A stretch of DNA of 63,246 nt, filler included, from Cercozoa sp. M6MM (GCA_040357565.1; 10 parts of 10 records of this genome joined end to end with filler, not necessarily neighbours in it); one strand, 5' to 3'. Positions 27,349 through 40,243 are shown, counted from the first letter of the whole stretch. The notes: generated by a model not told the origin, from the letters alone. A program made the numbers and translations.

Positions 27349-27722
27349 TCTGTCCCCGAACAAAACGATTTCGCACGCCTACGCGCGAAAAGTTAAACAC
27401 TCACCTAACTCACGGAAGCTTCGTGCACAGTGTGGACTGCCCCTGTTCCGGTCTGTTTCACTCTTTTTATGTAGCTGTATCGGCTCTCGTTCTGAGCCGT
27501 GAAGCATGGGCTCACAGACAAACACTGACCAGCTTTCGCGCGCACAAAGCAGTAGCGTGTGCTTCTGTAGGAGTGGCAGCGAACTTTCCCGAGTAACATT
27601 GAGCATGATATGCCGTGAAGTTGATGATTCTGATGCTGTCATTTTTTCTTGTGATGTGATGTGTGATGTGTGATGTGTGTGATGTGTGTGATGTGTGTAT
27701 ATATATATGTGTGTGATGTGTG

Positions 27723-27761
<39 letters not shown>

Positions 27762-27771
27762 TGTGTTTAGA

Positions 27772-29183
27772 ATGCGTCCTGCCAAAAGAACGCGGTCCAG
27801 CGCGGCGCCCACTGTAAGCCGCGACGAGGCACTGCTGCAGCGTGTGCATATGTTACAGCGCGAGGAGCAACAGGAAGAGCAGTCGGACTCTGTCCAGGTA
27901 CCCCCTACGTATGTGTCTCGATATGATGCGTGATGATTATGTAGGCACGCAAGGCGTCGTTGATTCCATTGCAAGCGTTTGCAACCAAAACTGGTTCTGC
28001 GGCCGCTGACGACGAAGGGGATGACAGCGACATCGAGCAGGCTGGCGATGACATTGAGGTCGAGCTGGACGAGGCGCAGGAAGAGGCCCTCAACATGTTC
28101 ATGCCTGCGGCGCGAGCCGAGCGCCGTTCTCTTGCTGCCTTTATGGACGATCAGATGCGTCAGTCCAGCGCGGGTCAGACCTTGCCTGGCGATGAGGCCC
28201 CTCTGTAGCCATACACTATCATCCTGTGCAGCCTGTTTGCCATGTGTTCATATGTGTGTTTTTCTCGTTATGCAGGCCGGAGAAAGTGGTTCGCATCTAC
28301 ACGGAGATCGGAGCGCAGCTAGCACACTACAAGAGCGGTCGATTCCCGAAGGCGTTCTCGCTGGTGCCGTCGATTCGCAACTGGGAGCGCTTGCTGGCGC
28401 TGACGCAGCCGGAGCGCTGGACCACAAATGCCGTGGCCAAGGCGACTCGCATCTTCGTCAGCAACGGCACCACTGCTGTGGCGACCAAGTTCTGCAACCT
28501 GGTGCTGCTCGAGCGTTGCCGTGATGACATCCTCAAGCACCGCAGGCTCAACTACCACCTCTACGTCAGTCTCAAAAAGGCGTTGTTCAAGCCGCGTGCC
28601 TTCATTCAGGGTGTACTCATCCCGCTCGTGCAGACCGAGTGTACGGCGCGAGAGGCCGTCATCTTCGGCTCGGTGTTGGCCAAGATGAGCGTTCCGGTGG
28701 CACACTCGGCCGTGGCGCTCACCATTCTGGCACAAGAGCCGTACTCAGGTGCGCTCTCCTTGTCTTTTTTGTGTTGTGTGAGCTTGCCTGTGTTTGTGAA
28801 TGCCTGTGTTTGTGAATGCCTGTGTTTGTGAATGCCTGTGTTTGTGAATGCCTGTGTCCGTGATTGCAGGTCCGCTGACAATCTTCCTCAAGGTTTTCAT
28901 TGAGAAAAAATACCGTCTGCCGATGCGCGTGATCGAAGCGCTGCTCAAGTGGTTCTGCTCGTTCGCCAGTGATAAGCGCAAGCTTCCGGGTACTCCAGAT
29001 ACTACGGTCTAGTCATATGGTGTATTTCCTCTTGTCGCGGCAGTGCTGTGGCACCAGGCGTTGCTGTCGTTTGTAACTCTGTATTCGCAAGCACTGAACG
29101 AACAACACCGTGCCGAGATTGTGAAGCTGCTGCGTCAGCAGAAGCATCATCACATCACACCGGCTATCCGTGCGCTCCTGTGA
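27772..29183 (+). CDS. BYSL: Bystin / Enp1 (40S ribosome biogenesis factor)
   Basis: KVVRIYTEIG..LAHYKSGRFPKAF, WTTNAVAKATRIFVSN, RLNYHLYVSLKKALFKP, KKYRLPMRVI, LPVLWHQALL. Confidence 0.95.
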
Positions 29184-29676
29184 TGAGATTCGCTCCGCTG
29201 CACACAAGTTGCTAGCGTCGCGTTTCGTTTGGCTCGGCAACATGCTAGACACACTAAACAGTCAATCTGTGCAGGACACTTACTACTTTTTTGCGGAGCT
29301 CTATGGCAAATGATAACATAGTCAACAAAGTTTTAAGTGCGATCGCGTGGATCTTAGAGCATTCACCTGACCTGAAGGGATTTTTAGTTCTGCTCCACAA
29401 GTGTTTAAAAATGAAGGATACGACTTGTGACGTATTTGCACCTCATTTTACAAGGTTCTTCGGTATTGTGCACTATTTTTTGTCATGATAGTGCGTGTAC
29501 TCACCATTGCGGTCTTGTCACTTTCTTAATGCAGGAGAGTCAAACTCAGGAACAATTGCTGGTTGAAGGAAACTGCTCCGCCAAGTTCTTACAGTTAAAT
29601 CTTCTCAGATACACACGAACGATTACGTAACTTACGTCACAGTACCCACAGATTCGATTACATCCGTTAGTTCAGT

Positions 29677-29787
29677 CGGGTATGGTGGGGTTTTCGAGGC
29701 AAAAATCAGAATCAAATCGGGGTGGGGGGGGGGGGGGGTGAACATGGGGGGGGTTCGGTTTTGCCTCGAAAAACCCCGCCGTACCCG
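29677..29787. mobile_element. 111-bp MITE with ~28-bp terminal inverted repeats and 6-bp TSD (TTCAGT)
   Basis: Left CGGGTATGGTGGGGTTTTCGAGGCAAAA versus right TTTTGCCTCGAAAAACCCCGCCGTACCCG; TTCAGT at 29671-29676 and 29788-29793. Confidence 0.85.
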
Positions 29788-30099
29788 TTCAGTATATTTC
29801 CTAGGTCCGTGTCTAGAAGCGTCGGATCTGCAGACCGAAGCCGCGGGACCGGCGGGAGCCATCCTAGATGGCTTCCTGCAGGCGTTTACCTATCTCCATG
29901 CGACACAATCGTCCTCTACCGGGACATGGACTTGGCGAGCTCCACGTGCAGGGACGTTTTGAGGCGTCGGCGTCCTCAGCCGTGCGGAAGAAAGGGGGGG
30001 GTCTGTTGTGTTACCTTGCCATCCTTTCGGGCTCATCGCTAGTAGACGTCATGCATACTCGTACGGGTTGTGCCCAGCACGCCGCTTGCGGTGGCTAAA

Positions 30100-31960
30100 C
30101 CCGAAGTGTTCCCGCACACTTCGGATAACACTTCTTCTTTTTTTTAATCAGCTGGCTACAAGTCCAGTAGTCAGGCAGCACTCGTTGAGGTTTGCAGAAA
30201 TCAAACGAAAAATACTCTGAAGTAACCAGCAGCACGTCTATTTTAGTTGAGGAGTATTCCAGTTTTGTTCCCTGCAGTTGACGAACGAAGACGAACGCTA
30301 GCTCTCTGCGGTAGGACGATGCTGTGGCTGGAACAGGTACAATGCGGTTCGTGTATCCCTTTATACCTTTCATAAACCGATAACTTACCTCACGCCCTTT
30401 GCGACTTCATGCCTTTTACCATTATCCGTCATTCCTCGTTGCAGACAAGAGGCGACAGCAAGTCGCATCGTTGCAGACAAGAGGCTCCTTGGTCGAGCCA
30501 CAACCAAAACGTCGTCGTCGAGCTACTGCTCAAACCTGGCGACGAGCTGCGTTTATGCAGTCGCGCTTCACGGATCCCTTGTACACTAGCCGAGGTGGCG
30601 CGTCGACGCGCGCCACCTCGGCCACCGACCTACACCTAGACGCAGCAGCCTGAGTAGCTGTTAAAACCTTTGACTATAGCAAAAAATTATTGGCAGCTTG
30701 TGCAAACGAAGCAATCAAAAAATCACCAACACTCCAAATCGAGAAAAGGGCGGCGCAAAAGTCTGTTTCACTGAGGCGCACTATTCGGAGATCTGTTTAT
30801 CCCAAAACACTTAACTAATAGTGTTCACCACGCTGCACACGTTTACTAAACCGCAAACTCAACAAAACATATTCAATTTCCGCGAAACGAGCACCAAGTG
30901 CAACAAAACAGCAAATTTCTACCTCTTACGAAGTACCACGAGGCGAATCGTGTCATAGGTGGTACATTTTCGACCACAGTGCCCCCGTATCGCATTTTTA
31001 GCTCGATACGGTGATCGCGGGAACTGCTGCGACACTCACAATTTGCTCGTCCCGGCGCACTGATACGCACTTGTGTTCAGTGAGTTTGATCCATTTGTGC
31101 CTTGCACCAATACTCTGATATTGTAGCGTACCGTGCTTGCCGCCAAATGGACCCCTTGCCCTCCTGTAAGGAATCCCCTGCGCTATCGATATCAATTCAT
31201 ATCCCCTGCCTGGGTGATTTTCTACCTGTGGGCTGACAGTGTCCGACCATCGCTTCGATGAGTCTCTGATTGAGGACACTGCACGTGGCCCTAAGCTCTT
31301 CTTCTCATATGAAGCTGTACCCTCCTGTTTTCATCTTTTACGAACCAGCCAGCGCAATTTAATTTTACATGCCTTGATTTCATGTGCGTAGGTTCACGAA
31401 TTGTGCCGTCGTGTTTGCACAGAGGTTGTGGAAAAGTTCAGTCCAGAGGTACAGTACAACGAGTTAACTCTGTTATTTTTAAAAAAGTAAATGTATTTTT
31501 TACCCCCCCCCCCCCCCACTCCTTGTAGGTCGTGGTTGCGATTGGCACGGGTGGTTTTCCGGTCGCACGCATGATCAAAACATACCTGGCCGGTACATTA
31601 TCTCGTTGTATTATTCCTGCAGTAAGTGTATCCTGAGCTTAGATGTGAAAATTGTGGCTGTCGGCGTGGAGTTTTACGACGATTCGACTTGCACGCCCCG
31701 CATCGAAAAGGTACGGCGACATGACACAGCAACAGCTTTAGCGTCCGCGCATGCTTTAAATGTAGAACGAAAACGGCGAAGAAGTCGCTCTTGTTCGAAA
31801 ATACGCGTGGCTTGACAAGGTAAACTTATATTACTCTTTGTGTTGCCACACCGCTGCCCTTGTGTATGTGCTACCTTTGTCGTTTTGTCTAGCATGCTTT
31901 GGAATTCATCAAGGGTAAACGCGTTCTCGTTGTCGATGAGGTTGACGATACTCGCACTAC
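30100..31960 (-). pseudogene. Probable decayed PIF/Harbinger-type (DDE_Tnp_4-like) transposase
   Basis: Fragments in the expected order: FTLDEFQSM, DFFAVFVLHLKHARTL, RRARGPFGG..RHK..CVSVRRDEQIVSVAAVP, YERYKGI..VLP, NRR..RV; interrupted by stops and frameshifts. Confidence 0.4.
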
Positions 31961-32038
31961 ACTGTCTGTGGTATCTTCCCAATTGATTTTTCTTGACTTC
32001 AAGCGGTGATTTTTAAATGTTGTTTTGTTGATCATTTT

Positions 32039-32086
<48 letters not shown>

Positions 32087-32186
32087 NNNNNNNNNNNNNN
32101 NNNNNNNNNNNNNNNNNNNNNNNNNNNNNNTTAATTAATTAANNNNNNNNNNNNNNNNNNNNNNNNNNNNNNNNNNNNNNNNNNNN

Positions 32187-34110
32187 TTTGCCCCTTACCT
32201 CCTTTTACCCCCCCCCCCCGGGGGGTTGGGGCGATGGCGCGCGAAGGCAACGCCAAGGTCCAGCTGGTCTGTTTGCAGTCTCACACCTACCCTCTGTTAA
32301 CTTGCCCTCTGTTTACCCCCCCCCCCCGGCAGGAGAAGCTGAAGGTGGTGCGCGAGTGGGTCCAGAAGATGCAGACGGCCAAACAGGGCGGTACTGTCTC
32401 ACACAGTGCCTAGGTAGTAGGTAGTACATGGATAGCCTTGTTTGCGCAGGTGATGCGGCACTGGCCGTGGCCGTGCAGATGGCACACACGTAGCTTTGAC
32501 CTCCCTCCCTCCCCCCCCTTTACCCTTTACCACCCCCCCCCCAGGTACTTCCATTCGCGCTTCCGCGACATGATTGCGTCGCTGACGCGCGCCTTCCCGG
32601 AGGACGCTCGCGTGGTCGAGGACGGTGTCGATATGGGTAACACGGGATCATTTGACTGACTGACTGAAGGAGGGATCATCTGATTGGGCAGGACGGTTCT
32701 GGACGGGCAGCAAGATCTTCCCGCGACAGGCGGTATCGCGCTACTTTTACCCCCCCCCTACCCCTTTACCCCCCCCCCCGCCACCGTGTATAGGAGTTCT
32801 CGCCGGAGGACGAGCTGCACATGGACCTGAGTGAGTTTGCCCCCCCCCCATCTAACCCCCTTTCCCCCCCCCCCCCCCGCACGTAGTCCTGGCGGCGGCC
32901 AACCTGTTTTTGTTCGCGTTCGGCGTGGCGCCGGTGCGCGACCGCGCGGCACTAGGCCGCGTGGCGTCGCAGCTGCCGGTGCCGCCGCTGGTGCTGTCCA
33001 AGACGGAGGTGAGCGAGGAGAACAAGGCCGGCGTTGCTGCTGATGCCGAGGCCGACAACGACGAGATGAAGGACGACGAGGAACACGACGAGGAGCAGCA
33101 GCTCGCGGTGCTCAAGCAGGAGGTGCTGCCTCTTAGCCCCTAGGGACCTGAGTCTCCCTATTACCTACCCCTATCTTGTAGGTGCGCGATTTGTCGCTGG
33201 ACGGCCTGAAGAGTCTGCAGCCGGCCGAGTTCGAAAAGGATGACGACAGCAACTTCCACATCGACTTTATCACGGCGTGGTATTGTTCCATTGCCCCCCC
33301 GTCCCCTCTCCTACCCCTGTCCCCTGTCACTAGTGCGAACCTGCGCGCGTGGAACTACAAGATCGAGCAGGCAAGTCGGCACAAGGCGCAGATGATCGCC
33401 GGCAAGATCATCCCGGCGCTGGCGACGACGACGGCCATGATCACTGGCCTCGTGGGCATCGAGTTCTTCAAGCTCGCGCTGGGCTACACGGACATTGAGG
33501 TGTTCCGCAACGCCTACTGCAACCTCGGCGTCGAGCAGCTGCTGAACCTGTCTGAGCCGGTGCCTCTGTCTATATTTATATATATATATATATGTATGTA
33601 TATGTATATGGGTTGCCGCAGGTGCCGCCCAAGCAGCACAAGTCGACCGAGTACGACCCCATCATGCTGACGCGCACGGTGGCGCTGCCGGAGGGCTGGA
33701 CCTCGTGGGACAAGATTGTCGTCGACGAAGGCAAGGCACTCACGGTGCGCGAATTCATCGCCGTGCTCAAGAAGCAGCACTTCAACGTCGACACGCGCAT
33801 GCTGTTCAAGTACGGCATGGCGGCCGACGAGGGCAAGCCGATCTACAACGACAACCCCGGCCTGCGTGGTGCCGCACGTGAACTCATGCAGAAGCGACTC
33901 GACATGGACGTCCTGCAGGCCTACCTCGAGTGCTACAAGGTACACACTCACGCAACTGTCGTCTTTAGCAGTGCTACTTGTATCAATACCTTGGGGACAC
34001 AGGAGCTCCCGGCTGGCCGCAACTACCTGCTTCTGGGCGTCGATGCCGCCGACGAGGAGGACAACGACACTGACATTCCGCCCATCAAGTACGTCTTCCC
34101 GACGGCTTAG
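32187..34110 (+). CDS. UBA1: Ubiquitin-activating enzyme E1, 3' part
   Basis: FPED..[72 protein letters not shown], C-terminal DIPPIKY. Confidence 0.95.
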
Positions 34111-34340
34111 TTAGTTACGCTAGTTCAGTCTACTCCGCGCGGAACTGCTCCGGCAAACGACTATATGACTGGAGCGAGAGGGTTCAAACGACGACAATAC
34201 CAACTGCCAGCTCTGCCAGTGGGTTGCCGTTTCGTCAGCCTCCTGGCAGCAGGAGCTGGCAGTGGCTTTTAACGGAAATGATGTTGGCGACTCAGACCTT
34301 TTGTTGAAGCATTCTGGGCAGCAGCTGCAGGGACACCGGG
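34111..34340 (-). mobile_element. Decayed non-LTR retroelement 3' end (AACT-tail family)
   Basis: Minus strand ends GTAGACTGAACTA..AACTAACT; the frame just upstream encodes knuckle-like CCQEADETATHW. Confidence 0.45.
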
Positions 34341-34519
34341 TGCCCTGTACAGGAGACGCTGCACGCTCAACTCTCACTCCAGGGGCCAAGTGACCAACAT
34401 CGATCCACCGGGCTTTTTTCTCGTTTGGGCTGTGCGTCATTTTTTGCGCGCTTTGGAGCGTGTGAGTCAGCATGCGCGACGAGCAGAGCTGCGCTGGCTG
34501 CAGAAGTCTTCCAGTGGGG

Positions 34520-35640
34520 TGCAATCGGTTATTCTCCATCTGTTCCGAAGACCAACGATTTGTTTTTTCCGAGATGCAGATCACTGTGTGTCCTGCCATG
34601 TGGTCATGTTGTGCACCGTCTTTGCGTGCCTCGCTACTCCAGGTGTAACATATGCGATATGAGTTACACTCGCGCCGCTCCTTTGCACCTGGACCTTGAG
34701 AAGTTCATTCTACGTGAGGTAATTTATTTGCGTTTGATTGCAATTAAAAGGGGCTTTTACTGCCCAATGGCTTTGATTGCAAAGAAAGCACTGGAGCGCG
34801 AGGTGGAACGCACAAAAAAAGAACTGGAGCTGCTGAAAAGCGTGATGAAGTTGCAGGTTCGTCAAGGCTTGATTGCTCTATTCCTCATGCAAGCTCTAGC
34901 TAGACTCACTCTTGACAGAACCGACTGAACGGGGTGCTTTTGGAGCGTGGAAGCGCGGAAGCTGATCTCGAGCACAAAACTGACAAACTTCGCTGTGCTG
35001 TGACAGACTTTGCAAATACAAGCGATTGCAGCTCTCCAGTTCAGCTCCCAATACACGACGACAGCACTGGTGCTTCGGCGACGATGCGGCGACTTCGCGA
35101 GCTCACCGGAACTGCACCTCTAGCCGATACCGAAAGCCTCGCTGCAGCTGGTGCACGAAGTTCGAAGCTGAAGTTAAAGCTGACGTATGCCAACCCTACA
35201 GCTATGTACGTGTTTCTATGTTCTGCTGCTGAATTTATTGTGTGTTGGTTCACGAAGACGCCACCGCTCGGCAGAATCGTCGCCTCGGCAGGGTCCTGAA
35301 GTCACTAACGCCAGAACTGGTGCAGCAACGTCGCACTTAGTGCCCCGGAGTCTGCAGAAAAAGATGCTCAAGTCCGAACCACCTCGCTACCGACCACTTA
35401 CTGCACTTGAAATGCTTCGCACTCCTTCCTCCCTCTATCGTGGTGACCCTTGCTTTCTCCCTTGTGGGTGCCTTCTCTTTTCCACATATTTTGTCGCAGA
35501 CTTGCCAGTCAAGTCCGCGCCACTTCTCAAACGAGGTATAACGTCCTGACACAAGACCAGTCAGGATCGGATGATGCCTTTGCATGTCTCATAAACGGCG
35601 CTTCAGCCGAACAGCTTCAGTTGAACAGCGCCTTCAGTTA
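34520..35640 (+). pseudogene. RING-H2 plus coiled-coil gene, possibly degenerate at its 5' end
   Basis: LCVLPCGHVVHRLC....RCNIC followed by coiled coil LEREVERTKKELELLK; the first CxxC appears only as FSICSED in another frame. Confidence 0.4.
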
Positions 35641-36134
35641 ACTCTCCGTCGTCTACGGCGACGCTAATTTATTACGCTAAATCGCGGCGAAATCGTTTAC
35701 GTAGGTAACCGCAAAAATTGTAGTACTATGTGCGTGACTCGACTGTCACGGTCGGGTGCGGTGCACCGGGAACTGGCACCGCACGCGACGCACTCTCAAC
35801 CGCAGCGCTGTTCACATTCGTATTAGCGCACGATCGATTAGTTGGATTTGACGAATCGTGCGTCGACAATGCAAGGTCGAAATCAGATCTACAGATCAGA
35901 TCTCCAGCCTCGGTTCTGGCGTATCCTCGCGACTGTACATGTTTTCAACGGACACAACCGAGGCGTGCATCTGCAATATTTACAGTTAAATTACACTGTG
36001 TGTGTGTGTGTGNNNNNNNNNNNNNNNNNNNNNNNNNNNNNNNNNNNNNNNNNNNNTTAATTAATTAANNNNNNNNNNNNNNNNNNNNNNNNNNNNNNNN
36101 NNNNNNNNNNNNATATTAATATTTATATGTCGGA

Positions 36135-36663
36135 GCGTCAAAGTACAGTCAAACGTCGCTCGCGTTGTTCCGGAAGTTTCGCGAGTGGTGACACTCCATC
36201 CATCACGAGGTGGAGCACCTGCAGGTGCCATAGTCTATCGTACCGAATAGGTGAGGTACAACACCACGTACCTTGCTCGGTCGCAGCGTCTCCACGATGG
36301 CCAGAATCGTGTCGAACAAGTGCGCAACGACGTCGCTGAGATCGATCGTTGCCAACTCGGCCTCTGTGCTGAAGGACTGCACCAAGCACGGGAGCTTCAA
36401 AACAACACCCTGATCCATCTTCAATAAACTACAAACACACCTGATCGATCTCCAGACTCTCGATTGCGAACTTGTACATTCCCGCCAGTTCCACAAACAC
36501 AAAGTCAAACCCTCTGGAGGGCAGTGGCGTTGTCTACACGTGTCACCGCGTCAATCAAGTGAGACAAGCAAACAAAACACAAAAAACAAAAACACAAAAA
36601 AGTAATTCATACCTTTTTCCGCACCAGATCTTGGATCCATTGCCGAAGGTAGCGAACACCCAT
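36135..36663 (-). CDS. XRN-family 5'-3' exoribonuclease-like protein, N-terminal fragment
   Basis: MGVRYLRQWI..FDFVFVELAGMYK..VETLRPSKVLHLVMDGVSPLAKLPEQRERRL matches XRN_N motifs. Confidence 0.75.
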
Positions 36664-36949
36664 ACTGGCACACACTAACTTAGCAAAGTAAATCGTTCAA
36701 GTGCCTGGTGCGGCCTCTAAACACTTGACAAAATACAATAAAAAATGAGTTTTCTTCAACGCAAGTCCGAGTCGGTGCGAGGAGGGAGAACCGAATTTCC
36801 AAGAAGGAACTAAGGGGTAACCGCGAGTAGATAGACGCGAGCAGAATCCCTGAGCTGAATGTAAATTTGAAAGATACTAACCAAACGCCTCATCCCGTAT
36901 CCTCAATTCGAGTGGACGGGAAACGAAACCGCAGTGTCACGGGCGAGGT

Positions 36950-37902
36950 TTAGAAGGTTTCGTAGTTGCCGGTGGCAGCGTCAGTGGACTTGCCACGCAG
37001 CTTGGCCACCGTGAACTTGCAGCCGTCCTTGACGAGACCGGGCAGGTCGCGCCAGAAGTCAATGTTCGGAACGGCCTCCACGCCCTATGTATACATAGGT
37101 ATACATGGGGACACACATATCGAAGGAGATAAAGCCTACACGAGCGCCGTGTCGCTTGGCCTTGTAGGCGGCACCGGCGAGACAGTAGACGAGCGTGCTG
37201 ATGAAGAGGATGAGGATGAAGACCCAGCCGCCCGACATGCCCGAGCTGCGGACCTTCCACTTGCCACAGTCGATCGTGGACACCACCTGGGGGCACATAA
37301 GGTAAAGCGCGAACTGGGGGTGTGAGGGAGGAGGTAGTACCGTGTAGGTAGTGATGCGGTTGAGACTGTCGTAGTCGTACGAGACCTGGATATCGATGCC
37401 CTCTTCGTCGGCGATCTCCTTCTTCTTCGCGCACTGCAGATGCGTCTTGGCGCGCGTCTGTGATACGAACTGATCGTCACCGTCGCCCAGCGTCAGGACG
37501 ACCTCCTTGCCCTGAGGGGAACAACCGAGTAAATGAGCAGGGGGGTATGTCCAAACTACCACAACGTCCTCGTTGGGCGCACGCGGGTTCATTTCTCTCG
37601 TCTCATCGACCCTGCCAACAAGGGGGAAGATGGTAAGGGTAAGGTATGAGGTATGGGGTAAGGTATGGGGTATGGGGTATGGGGTAAGGTATGGGTATGG
37701 GATGTGAGTTAAGCAAGGGCACCAGTAGCCAGCAACGTAGCACTCGTTGCTGCCGATCTTGAGCACAACAGAGCCCTCGTTGTTGGGACAGTCGGGGGCA
37801 GCGGCATTTCGGCCAGGGAAGTAGTACACCTGCCTTACAGAAAGACAGAGCACCAATACAGACGGACAAACCAGACAGACACAGGCAAACAGACAGACAC
37901 AG

Positions 37903-37939
<37 letters not shown>

Positions 37940-38132
37940 ACAAGGAAGCAATTGCGAAGAGCACCTCCATCTCGTCAACGACCTGCGTGCGAACGACCTC
38001 CTCCTTCTCCATCTTGCAGAGTGACCAGTCCTCACCATCGTAGTCCGTGAACTCGCACGACTTGCTCTTCTTGCCAAAGGCCGTGCCGGCTGACAGCGCC
38101 AGGGCACCCAAAAACAACGCGCTCCTCAGCAT
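36950..38132 (-). CDS. Mannose-6-phosphate receptor / ATG27-like type I membrane protein
   Basis: Signal peptide, Cys-containing luminal domain, SGGWVFILILFISTLVYCLAGAAY..G.EAVPNIDFWRDLPGLVKDGCKF, C-terminal YETF sorting motif. Confidence 0.85.
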
Positions 38133-38549
38133 CTTTCCCTGCCGAAACAACGCCGATTCTCTGTTTTGATCTCTCTGACAAAATACAGCCGTGCAGCAAC
38201 ACTGCTGCCCTGCCGCGTGCACGCGAAGCAAGAACACGTATACAATCTCACCTGCAGCGCCGATTACTACGCTACTCGACAGTCGCACAATCCTTGGTTT
38301 GTTTTGCACCCGCACGGTGTCGGCTCAAAACGGGGCTCCGAGCCCACCGCCTGCAATCGTTTGTTGTTTTGCTGCGCTGCAAGCATTTTCTGCGTGTGCT
38401 GGTGTTGTGATCAGACATTCTTCGCGCGATCGAGCTCTAACGTGCCTAACCGACGACCCTTTTCAATTGAAACAGGCCGCATGCCCTGCAGAAGGTACTT
38501 TTTACTTGTGCAAGTCCTCTGTTGACTTAGTTTTGTCTTGCACAAGCAG

Positions 38550-39665
38550 ATGACGATAACAATAGAGGTGCAGCAGCGTGCATCTTCGCGTGCAGATAAC
38601 AGCAAGATTCGCGACAGTGCACTGCGACTAGTGCAGCTCAACAGTGGCGATGTGGTGGCTCCGTTCGGGATGCACTTCCGTGCGGATGCAGCGTCGGTCA
38701 CCACCGACCCTTGTGTCGACGATCCAGAGGCGTTTCTTCGACAGCACTGCGAGCGTTTCTCCCTGGAGACTCCGGGTGGACGTGTTATTGGTTTTTACCT
38801 TGTGTTTTCCGGCTGTTTTTCGTTCAATTTGTTGTTGCTTTCCCCAAGCAGAAAAGGACGATTCGACGCCAGTGAAAGTCGTCGTATTTCGTGCTTCCAG
38901 CGAACCTCCAGCTGAGGAACTCATGTGTACCTTTTCACTCTCAGTGACAAGGGCCGAAATCCAATATACCAAGGGGGAAGGGTAGGAAGGAACATAGTTC
39001 GACCCTTTGATGTAGTCAATGGCGACGACGAGTCAGACGTGGCCGTGGCAGCGCGCGTTTGGAACCTGCCTCACGTTGACTTTGCAGGTCAGTGGGATGC
39101 ACTGGTGTTCCAGCAAGGCAAGTCTCTGGGTATTCCTTGTCACACACCTACTATATATATGTTCTACTGAAAGGTACCTTTAGGGAACCTGAAGTATTCA
39201 GTCCGCAGTTTCTGCGAGAGTTCGCTGTGGTTCTCGTCGCAGCAGATCGACAGCAGCATCGTGCAGTGTCACAAACTGGTGCTACTGCACGGACCGCCTG
39301 GCACAGGCAAGACCTCGCTCTGTCGTGCCGTTGCACAAAAGATCGCTATCTCGCAGTATATTTTCTGTAGGGGTGGGGTATAGGGTAAAGAGTATGAGAT
39401 ATTGTGTGTGCATTCCTCAGACAGTTCTTTGAACGCTCGCAGTTTTTGGAAGTGAACGCACATGCCTTGTTCTCCAAGTGGTTCTCTGAGAGCGGCAAGC
39501 TGCTGCAGCGTCTCTTTGCGCGCATCGGTAGTTTTCTCCTCTCATCTGTCCCCCTACCCCCTTTTACCCCCCTGTCTGTCAGGCGAGCTGGCAACGCTGG
39601 AGCCGGACGTTCTTCTTTTCGTGACCGTCGATGAGATCGAATCGATCGTGCTTTGTCGTTTTACC
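38550..39665 (+). CDS. PCH2: Pch2/TRIP13 AAA+ ATPase, 3'-truncated
   Basis: [62 protein letters not shown]. Confidence 0.93.
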
Positions 39666-39765
39666 NNNNNNNNNNNNNNNNNNNNNNNNNNNNNNNNNNN
39701 NNNNNNNNNTTAATTAATTAANNNNNNNNNNNNNNNNNNNNNNNNNNNNNNNNNNNNNNNNNNNN

Positions 39766-39815
<50 letters not shown>

Positions 39816-39827
39816 GGCTGCTGTAGC

Positions 39828-40126
39828 CACGGACCTGTTCAAGCGAATTCACGAGCTCGCCGGCTTCCGCGAAGAGCACTGCTGTAGACTCCCTGTCAAT
39901 GCCACCCCACCTCACCCCAACTGCTGCCTCGCATCACTGTCCTTTTTATGTGTGCTGTGCAGGGAGCGTGATCACGACGCAAAACCGCACGCTCGATCTC
40001 GTCGCCGAGAGCGAGGACGTGCGCGATTTCTGGTACAACAGCACATGCTCGACCTACGCTAACTTTATGTCAGTCTGCCTTGATGCTGACAGGGTCCGTG
40101 GCCTTCGTCGCGTCGTTGGTCTCTAA
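39828..40126 (+). CDS. C-terminal PH-domain fragment
   Basis: CWSVITTQNRTLDLVAESEDVRDFWVRGLR. Confidence 0.7.
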
Positions 40127-40184
40127 TGTCGATGCGCAAGACATGAGCGTCAAGTGTGTACATGGGCTGGTACAGGAACGCCAG

Positions 40185-40217
40185 AGTTGGTTTTTTAGTA
40201 GACTGAACTAACTAACT
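40185..40217 (+). mobile_element. AACT-tail retroposon, tail-only copy
   Basis: AGTTGGTTTTTTAGTAGACTGAACTAACTAACT; near-identical to 56003-56031. Confidence 0.6.
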
Positions 40218-40243
40218 GTCGTGTTACCACTGCCTGGTAACCG

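Noticed and set aside
27602-27637. Box C/D snoRNA-like AGCATGATA...CTGATGCT upstream of bystin
   Set aside because: Only ~36 nt with an imperfect C box; too short to support
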